Below are positions 18,043 through 28,006 of a DNA stretch of 64,000 nt, piece by piece. The position numbers and the translations under genes were made by a program. Numbering within the stretch: the stretch's first letter is position 1; each line of letters begins with the position of its first letter. Origin of the DNA: an uncultured Thiotrichaceae bacterium (GTDB taxonomy: Bacteria; Pseudomonadota; Gammaproteobacteria; SZUA-229); assembly GCA_964531165.1 (NCBI GenBank), contig CAZHEA010000007.1, positions 2,956 to 66,955 of the forward strand. The letters are read 5' to 3'. The notes below the pieces were generated by a model. It ran no database searches and was not told the origin of the DNA. It worked only from the letters and a program-made list of their open reading frames with translations.

Positions 18043-18729
18043 TTAAAACATTAAGCCGACATCAAAGCGAAAATTAGTAAAGCCAGAAGAGCTAGAGGCC
18101 TGACTATAATCAATCCATTTTTTGCCTGCGGTAAAGCGTAAGAATACATTGTCTTTTACGTCAAATCGAAACCCGGCACTGGCGCCGTAGGTGAATTCGG
18201 TTGAAGTGAGGGTTGGCTGAAATGTGTCGCAGATATAGCCCCACCACGGGTCATACCAGCAGCCGGTTTGTGGCGGGCCGGTTGGGATATTAGTGTCGAT
18301 ATAAGTCAGACCCGCAGAAACACCAACGAAGGGCGTAAAGCGTTTTTTCATGAAATTATAAATGCCGGTAAATACCATGCTATTGGAGTACAGGTTGCCA
18401 TAGACTGTTTCTTTATTACCGTTTTCCAGCACCCGCGTGCCCGAATAGTTAACATCGCCCCAGTTAAGGTCAAAATCTAATGCCCAGTGTTCATCGAAAT
18501 TGTAGCCAACACCAAAACCGAAAGCATAATCCTCATTAATGGTTGCATCAGAGCCACCATCAAAATTAATTTGCTTTGATTCGATATACTTGGTCTGAAA
18601 TGAAATCTCCCAGCGATCTTTACGGTCGCTTAATGACATAATGTCCGCACTGAATGCGACACCAGAAAAAGCCATTAAAAACAGATAAAGGATTGGGCGT
18701 TGTAATGATGAGTTTAAAAAATGTTTCAT
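18043..18729 (-). CDS. Small outer-membrane beta-barrel protein (OmpW/OmpA-barrel-like)
   Basis: Signal peptide and a ~200-aa alternating beta pattern ending ..DVGLMF (C-terminal Phe). Confidence 0.5.
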   Translation of the reverse strand: MKHFLNSSLQRPILYLFLMAFSGVAFSADIMSLSDRKDRWEISFQTKYIESKQINFDGGSDATINEDYAFGFGVGYNFDEHWALDFDLNWGDVNYSGTRVLENGNKETVYGNLYSNSMVFTGIYNFMKKRFTPFVGVSAGLTYIDTNIPTGPPQTGCWYDPWWGYICDTFQPTLTSTEFTYGASAGFRFDVKDNVFLRFTAGKKWIDYSQASSSSGFTNFRFDVGLMF

Positions 18730-18925
18730 TGGTGTAAAACCTGCGATGTGTCAGTGTTAATAAAAAGCGCATATATCGCCCATCATATCAGACGTCAGTA
18801 TACCTTAAATTTACAGCGGGTGGACTTTACAGGTGTTTAAATTTATTATTGAAATTCAACTGCTTTTTATTCTATACCCATAAAAAGCGTCGGATTATGA
18901 TTGATAAAAACAACAGGCTTTTTAT

Positions 18926-19498
18926 ATGTTGAATACAGTAGCAAAAATATTATTTATACTCTCCTCAGCATTGTTTGTGTTCTCGTGCAGTAATGTTAAA
19001 AGCACTTATGACTATGATCGCGATGTTGATTTTGCAGCAGTTAAAACCTATCAGTGGGACAGGCAGCCATCTAAGGCGTTTACTCAGGCAAACCCGCTAA
19101 TTGCAAAACGAATTGTGAAAGCGATTGAAGCTAACCTTAAAAGAAAAGGCCTGATAGAAGCTGAAGCGGCGGATATTAAAATCAGCTATCAGGTGAGTTT
19201 TGAGAAAAAACTCAGTAGCAGTAATGTTACAGGTGGTATTGGCATGAGTGTGGGGCGTTATAACCGCGGCTCAATAGGTATTAGCAGCGGTAATAGTATA
19301 CGTGAGACCACCGAAGGCACGTTGATGATCGATATGGTTTCGGCTAATCGGCAGAATTTAATCTGGCGCTCAATAACGACCAAGCCGGTATCGGCTAGAG
19401 ATGCGACACCGCAGGAGTCTGAGAAGCGTATTGGTCAGCTTATTTACAGGGTGTTTGATAATTTTCCGCCGGAACAGAAGCCAGCAGGAAGTGACTAA
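18926..19498 (+). CDS. Lipoprotein (DUF4136-like; tentative)
   Basis: Lipobox LFVFSCS. 190 aa. It is divergent from the OM-barrel cluster. Confidence 0.45.
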   Translation: MLNTVAKILFILSSALFVFSCSNVKSTYDYDRDVDFAAVKTYQWDRQPSKAFTQANPLIAKRIVKAIEANLKRKGLIEAEAADIKISYQVSFEKKLSSSNVTGGIGMSVGRYNRGSIGISSGNSIRETTEGTLMIDMVSANRQNLIWRSITTKPVSARDATPQESEKRIGQLIYRVFDNFPPEQKPAGSD

Positions 19499-19505
19499 TT
19501 TTTAT

Positions 19506-19541
19506 TCCCTTTCTTAGTAAAAGAGAGGTTTTGGGAGATTC
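19506..19541. repeat. REP-like family B element
   Basis: TCCCTTTCTTAGTAAAAGAGAGGTTTTGGGAGATTCA. Confidence 0.55.
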
Positions 19542-19607
19542 ATTCATTACAAGGCTTTTAGTCTCTTTGTGATTATTCCTATGCAATATGCACGGCATTA
19601 GAACTCA

Positions 19608-19642
19608 AATCCCTCTCATCAGCCCTTTTATTAAGGGGGAAG
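19608..19642. repeat. REP-like family B element (inverted orientation)
   Basis: AAATCCCTCTCATCAGCCCTTTTATTAAGGGGGAAG is the reverse-complement form of the family consensus. Confidence 0.5.
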
Positions 19643-19798
19643 TCTGGTTAATGCTGATTACGCTCTTTCAAGTCAGTTTAATGCGCGGTTTATCTTGTAA
19701 ATAAGGCCCCTACAAAGTACTATTTCCGGCCTGATTTAACCAGCCTGCCGTCTTATTGGCCGGCTGGTTTCAACTCTAATATATTAAAGGCAATAAAC

Positions 19799-20674
19799 AT
19801 GTTTCGTGGCAGTATGGTGGCGCTGGTAACACCCATGCACCCAGATGGGTCAGTCGACTTTGATAGCCTGAGTCAGCTGATTGAATTTCATATAGAAAAT
19901 GGCACCAGTGCGATTGTGTCGATGGGCACCACCGGTGAATCAGCAACCTTAGATGAAAAAGAACATTGCGAGGTTATTCGGCGTACGGTTGAAATGGTAA
20001 ATCAGCGGATACCGGTTATTGCCGGTACCGGTGCAAATTCCACCACTGAAGCCATTACTTTGACCCGATGTGCGATGCAGGCCGGTGCTGATGCCTGTCT
20101 GCTGGTGACACCTTATTATAATAAGCCGACTCAGGAAGGCCTGTATCTGCATCACAAGCTAATTGCGGAAACCGTTCCTGTACCGCAAATTCTTTATAAT
20201 GTACCCGGACGTACCGCCTGCGATATGCTGCCGGAAACCGTGGCACGTTTGTCAAAAGTCTCTAATATTATTGGCATTAAAGAAGCCACCGGTGATTTAT
20301 CACGGCTCACGCAAATTCGTGAATTATGCGGTGATAACTTTGATGTTTTTTCCGGTGATGACGATACCGGCACAGAGTTTATGCTGCAGGGTGGTAATGG
20401 GGTGATATCGGTTACTAATAACGTTGCGCCGAAAGCGATGGCTGAAATGTGTGCCGCGGCGCTGGCTGGTGATCGTGAGAAAGCGTTGGAACTTAATCAG
20501 CCTTTAACCGGTCTGCATAATGACCTGTTTGTTGAGGCTAACCCCATTCCGGTGAAATGGGCGCTAACCGAAATGGGGAAAATGCCCGCGGGCATTCGTT
20601 TACCACTCACCCCATTATCTGAGCAATATCATGAAACACTGCGCGCGGCGATGCGTCAGGCGGGTGTGCTGTAA
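19799..20674 (+). CDS. dapA: 4-hydroxy-tetrahydrodipicolinate synthase
   Basis: [13 protein letters not shown]...[20 protein letters not shown] closely parallels E. coli DapA. Confidence 0.9.
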   Translation: MFRGSMVALVTPMHPDGSVDFDSLSQLIEFHIENGTSAIVSMGTTGESATLDEKEHCEVIRRTVEMVNQRIPVIAGTGANSTTEAITLTRCAMQAGADACLLVTPYYNKPTQEGLYLHHKLIAETVPVPQILYNVPGRTACDMLPETVARLSKVSNIIGIKEATGDLSRLTQIRELCGDNFDVFSGDDDTGTEFMLQGGNGVISVTNNVAPKAMAEMCAAALAGDREKALELNQPLTGLHNDLFVEANPIPVKWALTEMGKMPAGIRLPLTPLSEQYHETLRAAMRQAGVL

Positions 20675-20677
20675 ATT

Positions 20678-21853
20678 ATGTCTATGAAATTATTATCTAA
20701 AATATTATCCATCAAATATTTGTCGGCTTTACCTGTGGCGATGTTGTTATCGGTTGTACTGGCAGGTTGCAGTTCAGATGGCGATGAGCGTCCCGGCTAC
20801 ATGGATGCTGCTACCGTTAAAAGTCTGGAAATTCCGCCTAAGCTGAGTATCCCTGATACTCAGGGCGCACTGCGTCTGCCAGAGCCTTCTCAGCAAACAG
20901 CTCAACAGTCCGCTTCCGCTATGCGCAATACCCCCATAGCACCGACCTTTAGTGGATTTGATCTAAAACAGGATTCAGGTCTCTACTGGCTGGAAATTGA
21001 TATGCCGGTAGCGGATGTATGGAAAACATTACCGGATTTTTTAGCCTCTGAAGGTATTGAAGTTGACCGAGTTGAAAAACTGTTGGGTTTTCTAGATACA
21101 GCCTGGATGAGTGAATATAAAGTCACTTACAATTCAGAAGCCTCGGGCGGCTGGTTCAGCAGCTTTTCGCCGGATTATAAAGATCGTTTTAGAATTAGAG
21201 TCGAGGCGATTGATGGTACAAATAAAACCCGCTTGTTTGTTAATCACCGTGGCTTACAAATTAGCGTTGCCAATGATGTAACCGCCTGGACACAACGTGA
21301 TTCCGAGCCATTTTTAGAGCGCGAAGTTCTTTATCGTTATGTGTTGTTTAGTGGTATTAATAAAACCGCTGCTACCGAATTGCTTGCCTCGTATCACGGC
21401 TATCAACCCCGGGTTGATAAAATTACTGATACCTCAGACAGCTTTTCTGTAAAAGGCGAAGCTGATACTATTTGGATGCGATTACAAATTGCAATGGATC
21501 GTTTAGGTGTTGATATCGTGAAAAGCGACAAGGCCTCACGTAGCATGCAGGTGTTAGTCGGTAGCATGCACGTGGAAGAGCAACCGCCGGAAGATGATAG
21601 TGGCTGGTTTGGTGGTTTGTTTAGCGGCAAAAAAGTTGTGGTTGATGAGGGTGATGATTATGAAGATGATGATGCGGGCAATGACAGCCGTAAAGTTATT
21701 AAAGTGGCACCGCAAGATCGTATAACTCTGCAGTTGCAGCAAATTGTGGGTGAAGGTTCGAGTGAAATTAAACTCAGTAATATTGATGCCAGCCCGTTAA
21801 CAGGTGACCTTGTCTGGCAGTTTCGTGATGCCGTATTAGCTCAGCTTAAATAA
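20678..21853 (+). CDS. bamC: Outer membrane protein assembly factor BamC (NlpB) lipoprotein
   Basis: Lipobox LAGCSS. It is immediately downstream of dapA as in E. coli. Size and architecture are consistent. Confidence 0.7.
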   Translation: MSMKLLSKILSIKYLSALPVAMLLSVVLAGCSSDGDERPGYMDAATVKSLEIPPKLSIPDTQGALRLPEPSQQTAQQSASAMRNTPIAPTFSGFDLKQDSGLYWLEIDMPVADVWKTLPDFLASEGIEVDRVEKLLGFLDTAWMSEYKVTYNSEASGGWFSSFSPDYKDRFRIRVEAIDGTNKTRLFVNHRGLQISVANDVTAWTQRDSEPFLEREVLYRYVLFSGINKTAATELLASYHGYQPRVDKITDTSDSFSVKGEADTIWMRLQIAMDRLGVDIVKSDKASRSMQVLVGSMHVEEQPPEDDSGWFGGLFSGKKVVVDEGDDYEDDDAGNDSRKVIKVAPQDRITLQLQQIVGEGSSEIKLSNIDASPLTGDLVWQFRDAVLAQLK

Positions 21854-22018
21854 TAATAATATTTATTAGCGGTAATGTTATAAACATTATCGTTAATCTA
21901 TTTTCAGATCTGTAATTTAGATCGAGTTCAGCAGAAATATAGGGATATTTTAATGGGTGTGGATAAAACCATACCTGATTCGTTATTTCTCATTCACTAA
22001 TTAAATAAAGAGTTTTCC

Positions 22019-22963
22019 ATGAAGTACATGTTTTTACTGTTCATTCTATTAACCAGTTCTTTCAATTTAATGGCCGATGCATTTCTTGACGGCTTTAAGG
22101 CTCAAAAAATTAATTCGACGGTTTATGTCATTCATGGTCCCCGTGAATTACCCAATGCAGCCAATCGCGGTTTTATGAATAATCCGGCTTTTATTATTGC
22201 GGATAAAAGTGTCATTGTTGTTGATCCCGGTTCAAGTCAGCAAACCGGTAAAATGCTAATGCGTGAAATTAAAAAAGTAACAGATAAGCCCGTCTCGCAT
22301 ATTTTCAATACCCATGTTCATGGCGATCACTGGTTAGCAAATGATGTTATTAAGCAGAGCTATCCGAAGGTAGAAATTATTGCTGATTCGCGGATGATAA
22401 AAAAAGCCAGAGCCGGTGCAGCGCAATCATGGATAGATACGATGATGAAAATGACAGAGGGTGCAACCAAAGGCACTAAAATAGCGTATCCGAAAACCGG
22501 TGTTAGTGATGGTAACCAGTTAAATATCGCCGGCTTAACATTTAATATTCATACTATCGGTGTTTCCCACAGTGATTCGGATATTATGATTGAGTATGTA
22601 GAAGGCTCGACTTTTTTCACCGGTGATAATGTCGGTAACTTAAGAATATTGCGTATGAGCGATGGTAGCTTTAGAGATATTATTAAGGCGCTGGATCGAG
22701 CAATTAGTTTGAAGAAACAGTTTTACGTTCCAGGGCATGGCCCAAGTGGCGATGTTAAACTGGTTGAATTGCAGCGTGAATATTTTAATACGCTGTACAC
22801 CATGGTTGAAACATTCTATGAAGAAGGTCTGGAAGACTTTGAAATGAAGCCGAAAATCGAAGCGGCGTTAAGCAAATTTAAAGGTTGGTCCGGTTTTGAG
22901 CATGAACTGGGCAAACATATCAGTCTGGCGAAGCTGGAAGTAGAGAAGGCGGAGTTTGAGTAA
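22019..22963 (+). CDS. Periplasmic MBL-fold metallo-hydrolase
   Basis: Signal peptide. HxHxDH motif (NTHVHGDHW) plus downstream His/Asp ligands. Confidence 0.6.
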   Translation: MKYMFLLFILLTSSFNLMADAFLDGFKAQKINSTVYVIHGPRELPNAANRGFMNNPAFIIADKSVIVVDPGSSQQTGKMLMREIKKVTDKPVSHIFNTHVHGDHWLANDVIKQSYPKVEIIADSRMIKKARAGAAQSWIDTMMKMTEGATKGTKIAYPKTGVSDGNQLNIAGLTFNIHTIGVSHSDSDIMIEYVEGSTFFTGDNVGNLRILRMSDGSFRDIIKALDRAISLKKQFYVPGHGPSGDVKLVELQREYFNTLYTMVETFYEEGLEDFEMKPKIEAALSKFKGWSGFEHELGKHISLAKLEVEKAEFE

Positions 22964-22977
22964 CAGGTAAGCTATTT

Positions 22978-23026
22978 ACCGCTAATAAATGTAAATGAAA
23001 TCATGAACATTTATTAGCGGTAAAAT
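22978..23026. terminator. Bidirectional hairpin between convergent MBL and folE2 genes
   Basis: 15-bp stem TACCGCTAATAAATG...CATTTATTAGCGGTA with A/T tracts on both sides. Confidence 0.5.
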
Positions 23027-23028
23027 TT

Positions 23029-23823
23029 TTAAGCATCTTTGTCATGTTCAATCAGTGCATAAGCTGAGTGATTATGAATTGACTCAAAGTTTTCAGATTC
23101 TAACGTATAAGATCGAATGCGATCATCTGCATTTAAACGTGCTGCAACATCGCGCACCATGTCTTCCACAAATTTAGGGTTATCATAAGCGCGTTCCGTC
23201 ACCACTTTTTCATCTGGACGTTTTAGTAATCCGTACAGCTCGCAGGATGCTTCCTGCTCAACAATATCAATTAAATCTTCAATCCAGATAAAATCATCAG
23301 CTTTAACATTAACCGTTACATGTGAACGCTGATTGTGCGCACCGTATGCTGAAATTTTCTTCGAGCAGGGGCACAGACTGGTAACCGGTACAACGACTTT
23401 AACCGTTACGTGATTCTTAGCGTCAACCCGGTCACCGTAAAAAGTCACTTCATAATCGAGTAAGCTTTCTACACCTGAGGCAGGCGCTTTTTTATTAACA
23501 AAATATGTGAAGCTCATTTCGATGTGACCGTTTTCTGCATCCAGTTTTTCAGTCATTTCAGACAGCATAGTGCGTAAAGATTTAACGGTGATTTCGTGAT
23601 CGTGGCTATTTAAAATTTCCACGAAACGTGACATGTGGGTGCCTTTAAAATTATGCGGTAAATCCACATACATATTAAAGTTAGCCACTGTGTGCTGGAC
23701 ATGGCCTGAGCGATCTTTTACCTGAACCGGATGGCGAATATCTTTAATGCCGACTTTGTTAATGGCAATATGACGTTTGTCCTGGCTGTTTTGTACATCG
23801 GGCATTGATGTTGCATCGGTCAT
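23029..23823 (-). CDS. folE2: GTP cyclohydrolase FolE2 (type IB, MptA/FolE2 family)
   Basis: Conserved SLCPCS motif ([22 protein letters not shown]). ~260 aa. It is co-oriented directly downstream of queD. Confidence 0.75.
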   Translation of the reverse strand: MTDATSMPDVQNSQDKRHIAINKVGIKDIRHPVQVKDRSGHVQHTVANFNMYVDLPHNFKGTHMSRFVEILNSHDHEITVKSLRTMLSEMTEKLDAENGHIEMSFTYFVNKKAPASGVESLLDYEVTFYGDRVDAKNHVTVKVVVPVTSLCPCSKKISAYGAHNQRSHVTVNVKADDFIWIEDLIDIVEQEASCELYGLLKRPDEKVVTERAYDNPKFVEDMVRDVAARLNADDRIRSYTLESENFESIHNHSAYALIEHDKDA

Positions 23824-23841
23824 TGTCTTTTCTTCGCTTCG

Positions 23842-24219
23842 CTATTCGCTATAGGTTACACAGGCGCGCTCGGTTTCCCATAAGGTGAGGGAGCTGACGC
23901 GCAGGGTGTCTGTATTAAGTTTTTGACCAATTTCCTGAAATATCCAGGCTGCCATATTTTCCGCAGTGGGATTAATCTCGGTGAATGGTTCAATTTCATT
24001 TAAGTAACGGTGATCGAGCCGGTCACATACGTCATTGGTGGCTTTTTTCATGGCTTTAAAATCAATTGCCATGCCTACCTTGTCGAGTTGGGTGGATTCC
24101 AGCTCCAGCTCGACTTTCCAGTTATGTCCGTGCATACGGCTACAGGCTCCGGGATAATCACGGAGTGTATGGGCCGATGCAAAGTCGGTAACAATTTTCA
24201 GGGTATATTTGGCTGGCAT
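23842..24219 (-). CDS. queD: 6-carboxy-5,6,7,8-tetrahydropterin synthase QueD (PTPS family)
   Basis: 125 aa. CxxxHGH motif (CSRMHGHNW) and the E..DHRYLN catalytic region. Confidence 0.8.
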   Translation of the reverse strand: MPAKYTLKIVTDFASAHTLRDYPGACSRMHGHNWKVELELESTQLDKVGMAIDFKAMKKATNDVCDRLDHRYLNEIEPFTEINPTAENMAAWIFQEIGQKLNTDTLRVSSLTLWETERACVTYSE

Positions 24220-24330
24220 AATTAAGGTTGAGAGTATATATGAAAAAGGCCCGGTAAAAACCGCAGAATTTTATCGGTTTTTCGACTTATTAGCAATCTC
24301 TAATGACGGATGGGTTTAGTTGAGTTGAAA

Positions 24331-24406
24331 GGGGGCGGAGTCAAATTTGATATTAGGGGTCCATCAAATTCTGAAGCAAAGCTAGATCAAAATTGACTCC
24401 GACCCC
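24331..24406. repeat. MITE-like family A core element (inverted repeat GGGGNCGGAGTCAAATTT ... AAATTGACTCCGACCCC)
   Basis: 18-bp terminal inverted repeats read directly. Same core as the copies at 41454-41530 and 41639-41717. Confidence 0.7.
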
Positions 24407-24430
24407 GGTGATGATTGCATCTGGTGATTT

Positions 24431-24471
24431 TTTGCTCCTCTCTTAGAAAAAGAGGGGCCGGGGGAGATTTA
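24431..24471. repeat. REP-like family B element
   Basis: TTTGCTCCTCTCTTAGAAAAAGAGGGGCCGGGGGAGATTTA. Confidence 0.65.
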
Positions 24472-24512
24472 GTGAGCAAGATAATGAAGCCCAGTCACAG
24501 ACAAAATACGGT

Positions 24513-26366
24513 TTAATGGCTACCGATAGCCTTAATAATCCCAGCCGCATCCAGACCGCATTCTGCCAGTAACTGATGGGTCGCACCATGCTCAACAAAG
24601 CGGTCTGGCAGGCCTAAGTTAATCACCGGGTTGTTGAGTCTGTTTGCTAGCAGCCACTCATTTACGCCACTGCCCGCGCCGCCCGCCACCACATTTTCTT
24701 CAATAGTGACGATTAACTCATGGGAATCAGCGATGCTTTGCAGCATATCCGCATCCAGAGGCTTAACAAAGCGCATATTGACGACGCTTGCATCGATTTC
24801 CTCAGCGGCTTTCAGCGCCTCGCTCAACATGCTGCCAAAGGCAAGAATGGCGACTTTCTTGCCCTGACGCCGTCGCTCGGCTGTACCTATTTCGATGACT
24901 TTAAATGTCGGATCAATTGTCGCGCCGGGTCCCTGTCCGCGAGGGTAGCGTACCGCCGCCGGGCCATTGTGCTGGTAGCCGGTGGTGAGCATTTGACGAC
25001 ATTCATTTTCATCCGATGGTGTCATTATCAACATATTCGGCACACAGCGTAAATAACTTAAATCCAGATTGCCCGCATGAGTCGGGCCATCAGCTCCGAC
25101 TAGTCCAGCCCGGTCTATGGCAAACAGTACAGGCAAATTTTGAATTGCTACATCGTGTACTAGCTGGTCATAGGCGCGCTGTAAAAAAGTTGAGTAAATG
25201 GCTACCACCGGTTTTGCCATTTCGCAGGCCATGCCCGCTGCCAGCGTTACCGCGTGTTGTTCTGCTATGCCTACATCATGGTAGCGGTCGGCAAATTTTT
25301 CTGAAAATTCAACCAAACCGGAACCCTCGCGCATGGCGGGGGTGATGGCAACTAGCCTGTCATCTTTTTCGGCCATGTCACAGACCCAGTCAGAAAAAAT
25401 CTGAGTGTAGGTAGGTTTGTCGGAAGAGACGTCAAGCTTGTCGCCGGTTTCCGGGTCGAAGCTGCCGAGGCCGTGATACAGGCAGGGATTATCTTCAGCA
25501 GGTTTGTAGCCCTTGCCCTTTTTCGTAATTACATGCAGTAGCATCGGCCCCGATTGGGCGCGTAAATTTTGTAACATGGTAATGAGGGTAGGAATATCAT
25601 GACCATCAATCGGGCCATAATAGTTAAAACCCAGCTCTTCAAACAGGGTACCGGGCATCATCATGCCTTTGACGTGTTCTTCGGTGCGCTGGGCCAGATC
25701 CCACATAGAAATTTTTTCCAGCACGCGTTTCGAGCCACTGCGCATGGTCGAATACATTTTGCCTGACATGATTTTCGACAGGTGTTTCGATAATGCACCA
25801 ACATTCGGTGATATTGACATTTCATTGTCATTTAAAATCACTAACAGATCGGTATCGGTATCACCACCGTGGTTTAGGGCTTCAAAAGCCATACCCGCAG
25901 ACATCGCACCATCGCCGATAACCGCCACGGTTTTTTGCAGACTGCCGCGCATTTTAGCGGCCATGCTCATACCCAGTGCCGCACTGATGGAGGTACTGGA
26001 ATGGCCGACACCAAAGGTGTCGTAAGGGCTTTCGCTGCGTTTCGGGAAGCCTGCCAGGCCATGGTGCTGGCGAATGGTATGCATTTGCTCGCGCCGGCCG
26101 GTAATGATTTTATGGGGATAAGACTGGTGGCCTACATCCCACACCAGCTTGTCATCAGGAGTGTTGTAAACGTAGTGCAAAGCGATGGTGAGCTCAACCG
26201 TGCCTAGTCCGGCGGATAAATGGCCACCGGTTTGTGCCACCGATTGAATGACAAACCGGCGTAATTCATCCGCCAGCTGGTTAAGTTGTGTTTCCGGTAG
26301 AGCCCGCACATCTTCTGCAGATGAGATGGTTTCCAGCAGAGGGAATTGATTGTCTTGTTCACTCAT
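24513..26366 (-). CDS. dxs: 1-deoxy-D-xylulose-5-phosphate synthase
   Basis: Full-length collinearity with E. coli Dxs ([12 protein letters not shown]-binding [13 protein letters not shown]). xseB-ispA-dxs order. Confidence 0.9.
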   Translation of the reverse strand: MSEQDNQFPLLETISSAEDVRALPETQLNQLADELRRFVIQSVAQTGGHLSAGLGTVELTIALHYVYNTPDDKLVWDVGHQSYPHKIITGRREQMHTIRQHHGLAGFPKRSESPYDTFGVGHSSTSISAALGMSMAAKMRGSLQKTVAVIGDGAMSAGMAFEALNHGGDTDTDLLVILNDNEMSISPNVGALSKHLSKIMSGKMYSTMRSGSKRVLEKISMWDLAQRTEEHVKGMMMPGTLFEELGFNYYGPIDGHDIPTLITMLQNLRAQSGPMLLHVITKKGKGYKPAEDNPCLYHGLGSFDPETGDKLDVSSDKPTYTQIFSDWVCDMAEKDDRLVAITPAMREGSGLVEFSEKFADRYHDVGIAEQHAVTLAAGMACEMAKPVVAIYSTFLQRAYDQLVHDVAIQNLPVLFAIDRAGLVGADGPTHAGNLDLSYLRCVPNMLIMTPSDENECRQMLTTGYQHNGPAAVRYPRGQGPGATIDPTFKVIEIGTAERRRQGKKVAILAFGSMLSEALKAAEEIDASVVNMRFVKPLDADMLQSIADSHELIVTIEENVVAGGAGSGVNEWLLANRLNNPVINLGLPDRFVEHGATHQLLAECGLDAAGIIKAIGSH

Positions 26367-26387
26367 TTTTTAATCAACACTTCCGGT

Positions 26388-27293
26388 TTAGTGTTCACGT
26401 TCAATAATATAGGCGGAAAGCTGGCGTAATACATTTGCAGAGTCATCAAAATGTTCCAGTGCTTTGATGGCACGCTGGTGTAATTCCTGTGCTCTTTCTT
26501 TGGCGCCTTCCAGACCTAACAGGCTGGGGTAGGTCGGTTTGTTCTGCAGAGCGTCAGAGCCCTGGGGTTTGCCGAGGGTTTTGGTATCGGCGGTAACATC
26601 GAGTACGTCATCGTGGATTTGAAACGCCAGACCAACGCAGCGTGCATAGGTATCCAGAGCTTCGAGTTTGGCGGCCTGAATATTCGGGCTGCACATGGCG
26701 CCCAGTAAAACACTGGCGCGAATCAGAGCGCCGGTTTTCAACAGGTGCATATTTTCCAGCTGATCAAGGTTCAGTGATTTGCCCACGGCTTCAAGATCAA
26801 TTGCCTGCCCACCAGCCATGCCTATCGAACCACTGGCCTGTGCCAGTAATTTTATCATTTCAATGCGATTGCCGGCGCTGGTTTGCATAGCTTCGTCTGC
26901 TGCCAGCACTTCAAAGGCAAAGGCCTGTAAGGCATCGCCGGCGAGGATGGCGGTGGCGTCATCATAAGCTTTGTGGCAGGTGGGACGTCCGCGACGTAAA
27001 TCATCATTGTCCATTGCCGGCAGGTCATCATGTATTAGTGAATAGGCGTGAATGATTTCAACGGCGCAGGCGCAGGCATCAAGTTGTGCGAGATCGACAT
27101 TCAGTGCCTGTCCTGCCGCGTATACCAGCACCGGGCGTACGCGCTTGCCACCACCGCCCACTACCGAGTAGCGCATGGCTTGTTGTAGCCGAGCTTCCGG
27201 GCCAGCAGGTGCTGGTAGCCACAGGTTCAGGTGTTGGTCTACACGCTTGCAATAGTCTTTCAGTAGCGCTTTAAACTGTGAATCGTCAGGCAT
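26388..27293 (-). CDS. ispA: (2E,6E)-farnesyl diphosphate synthase
   Basis: FARM LIHDDLPAMDNDDLRRG and SARM FQIHDDVLD motifs. Confidence 0.9.
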   Translation of the reverse strand: MPDDSQFKALLKDYCKRVDQHLNLWLPAPAGPEARLQQAMRYSVVGGGGKRVRPVLVYAAGQALNVDLAQLDACACAVEIIHAYSLIHDDLPAMDNDDLRRGRPTCHKAYDDATAILAGDALQAFAFEVLAADEAMQTSAGNRIEMIKLLAQASGSIGMAGGQAIDLEAVGKSLNLDQLENMHLLKTGALIRASVLLGAMCSPNIQAAKLEALDTYARCVGLAFQIHDDVLDVTADTKTLGKPQGSDALQNKPTYPSLLGLEGAKERAQELHQRAIKALEHFDDSANVLRQLSAYIIEREH

Positions 27294-27296
27294 TCT

Positions 27297-27530
27297 TTAA
27301 TCGTCAATCTCGAATGGCTTTTCCAGTAACTCACCGTTTTTTTCAATCAGCTGAGTGACCTTCTGTTCGGCTTTGCTGAGTGCCTGTTGGCAATCAGCCG
27401 CCAGCGCTATGCCTTTTTCAAAGTGCTTGAGTGCATCTTCCAGAGGCAGTTCGCCCTGCTCCATATCATCGACCAGCTCTTCCAGCTGTGACATGGCTTT
27501 TTCAAAATTGACTGGTGATTTACGTGCCAT
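27297..27530 (-). CDS. xseB: Exodeoxyribonuclease VII small subunit
   Basis: 77 aa. FEKAMSQLEELVDDMEQGELPLEDALKHFEKG is typical XseB. It is upstream of ispA. Confidence 0.85.
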   Translation of the reverse strand: MARKSPVNFEKAMSQLEELVDDMEQGELPLEDALKHFEKGIALAADCQQALSKAEQKVTQLIEKNGELLEKPFEIDD

Positions 27531-28006
27531 AAAAGCGTTTCATAATGGTTATATTTAGACCTTGTATATTACTGGTTTCAATGGCGTTGTGCTAGCTATA
27601 GAGCGGAGTTTATTAACAATGATGATCTGCGGGAAATTTGCGGCTGACTATGTGCAGGTGAAATGCGGCATTAACATAGCTGTCTTTCAGCTCATTTGAA
27701 TATAGGTTTGTTTCTTCAGCTGGAGCGGGATTAATTAATATAGACGAACTTTTGAAAACATATATCCTTTGATTTTAAGTGGTTGTTAATATCAATGAAT
27801 TTAGCTATTAAATTCCGACTTCTGACTGGCTTTGGTGCTTCGGAAGTATGCATTATCAGAAAAATTGTCGGGTAAATTTATAGTTTTTTTGAATAGTTGT
27901 TCATTGTTAATAAAGTTAATCCATGTGAAGTAATTCTAAATATGGATTTAATCACAATATGTACTATTCTTTTTTAAGTGATTTATAAAGTCAACCTACT
28001 GGAGTT

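Noticed and set aside
24631-27274. Several 60-110 aa plus-strand ORFs (24631-24867, 24720-25052, 25016-25345, 25663-26025, 25935-26207, 26642-26890, 26779-26967, 27086-27274).
   Set aside because: All lie entirely inside the well-supported dxs and ispA genes on the opposite strand and are Ser/Ala/Arg-rich as expected for antisense GC-rich frames. They are spurious.
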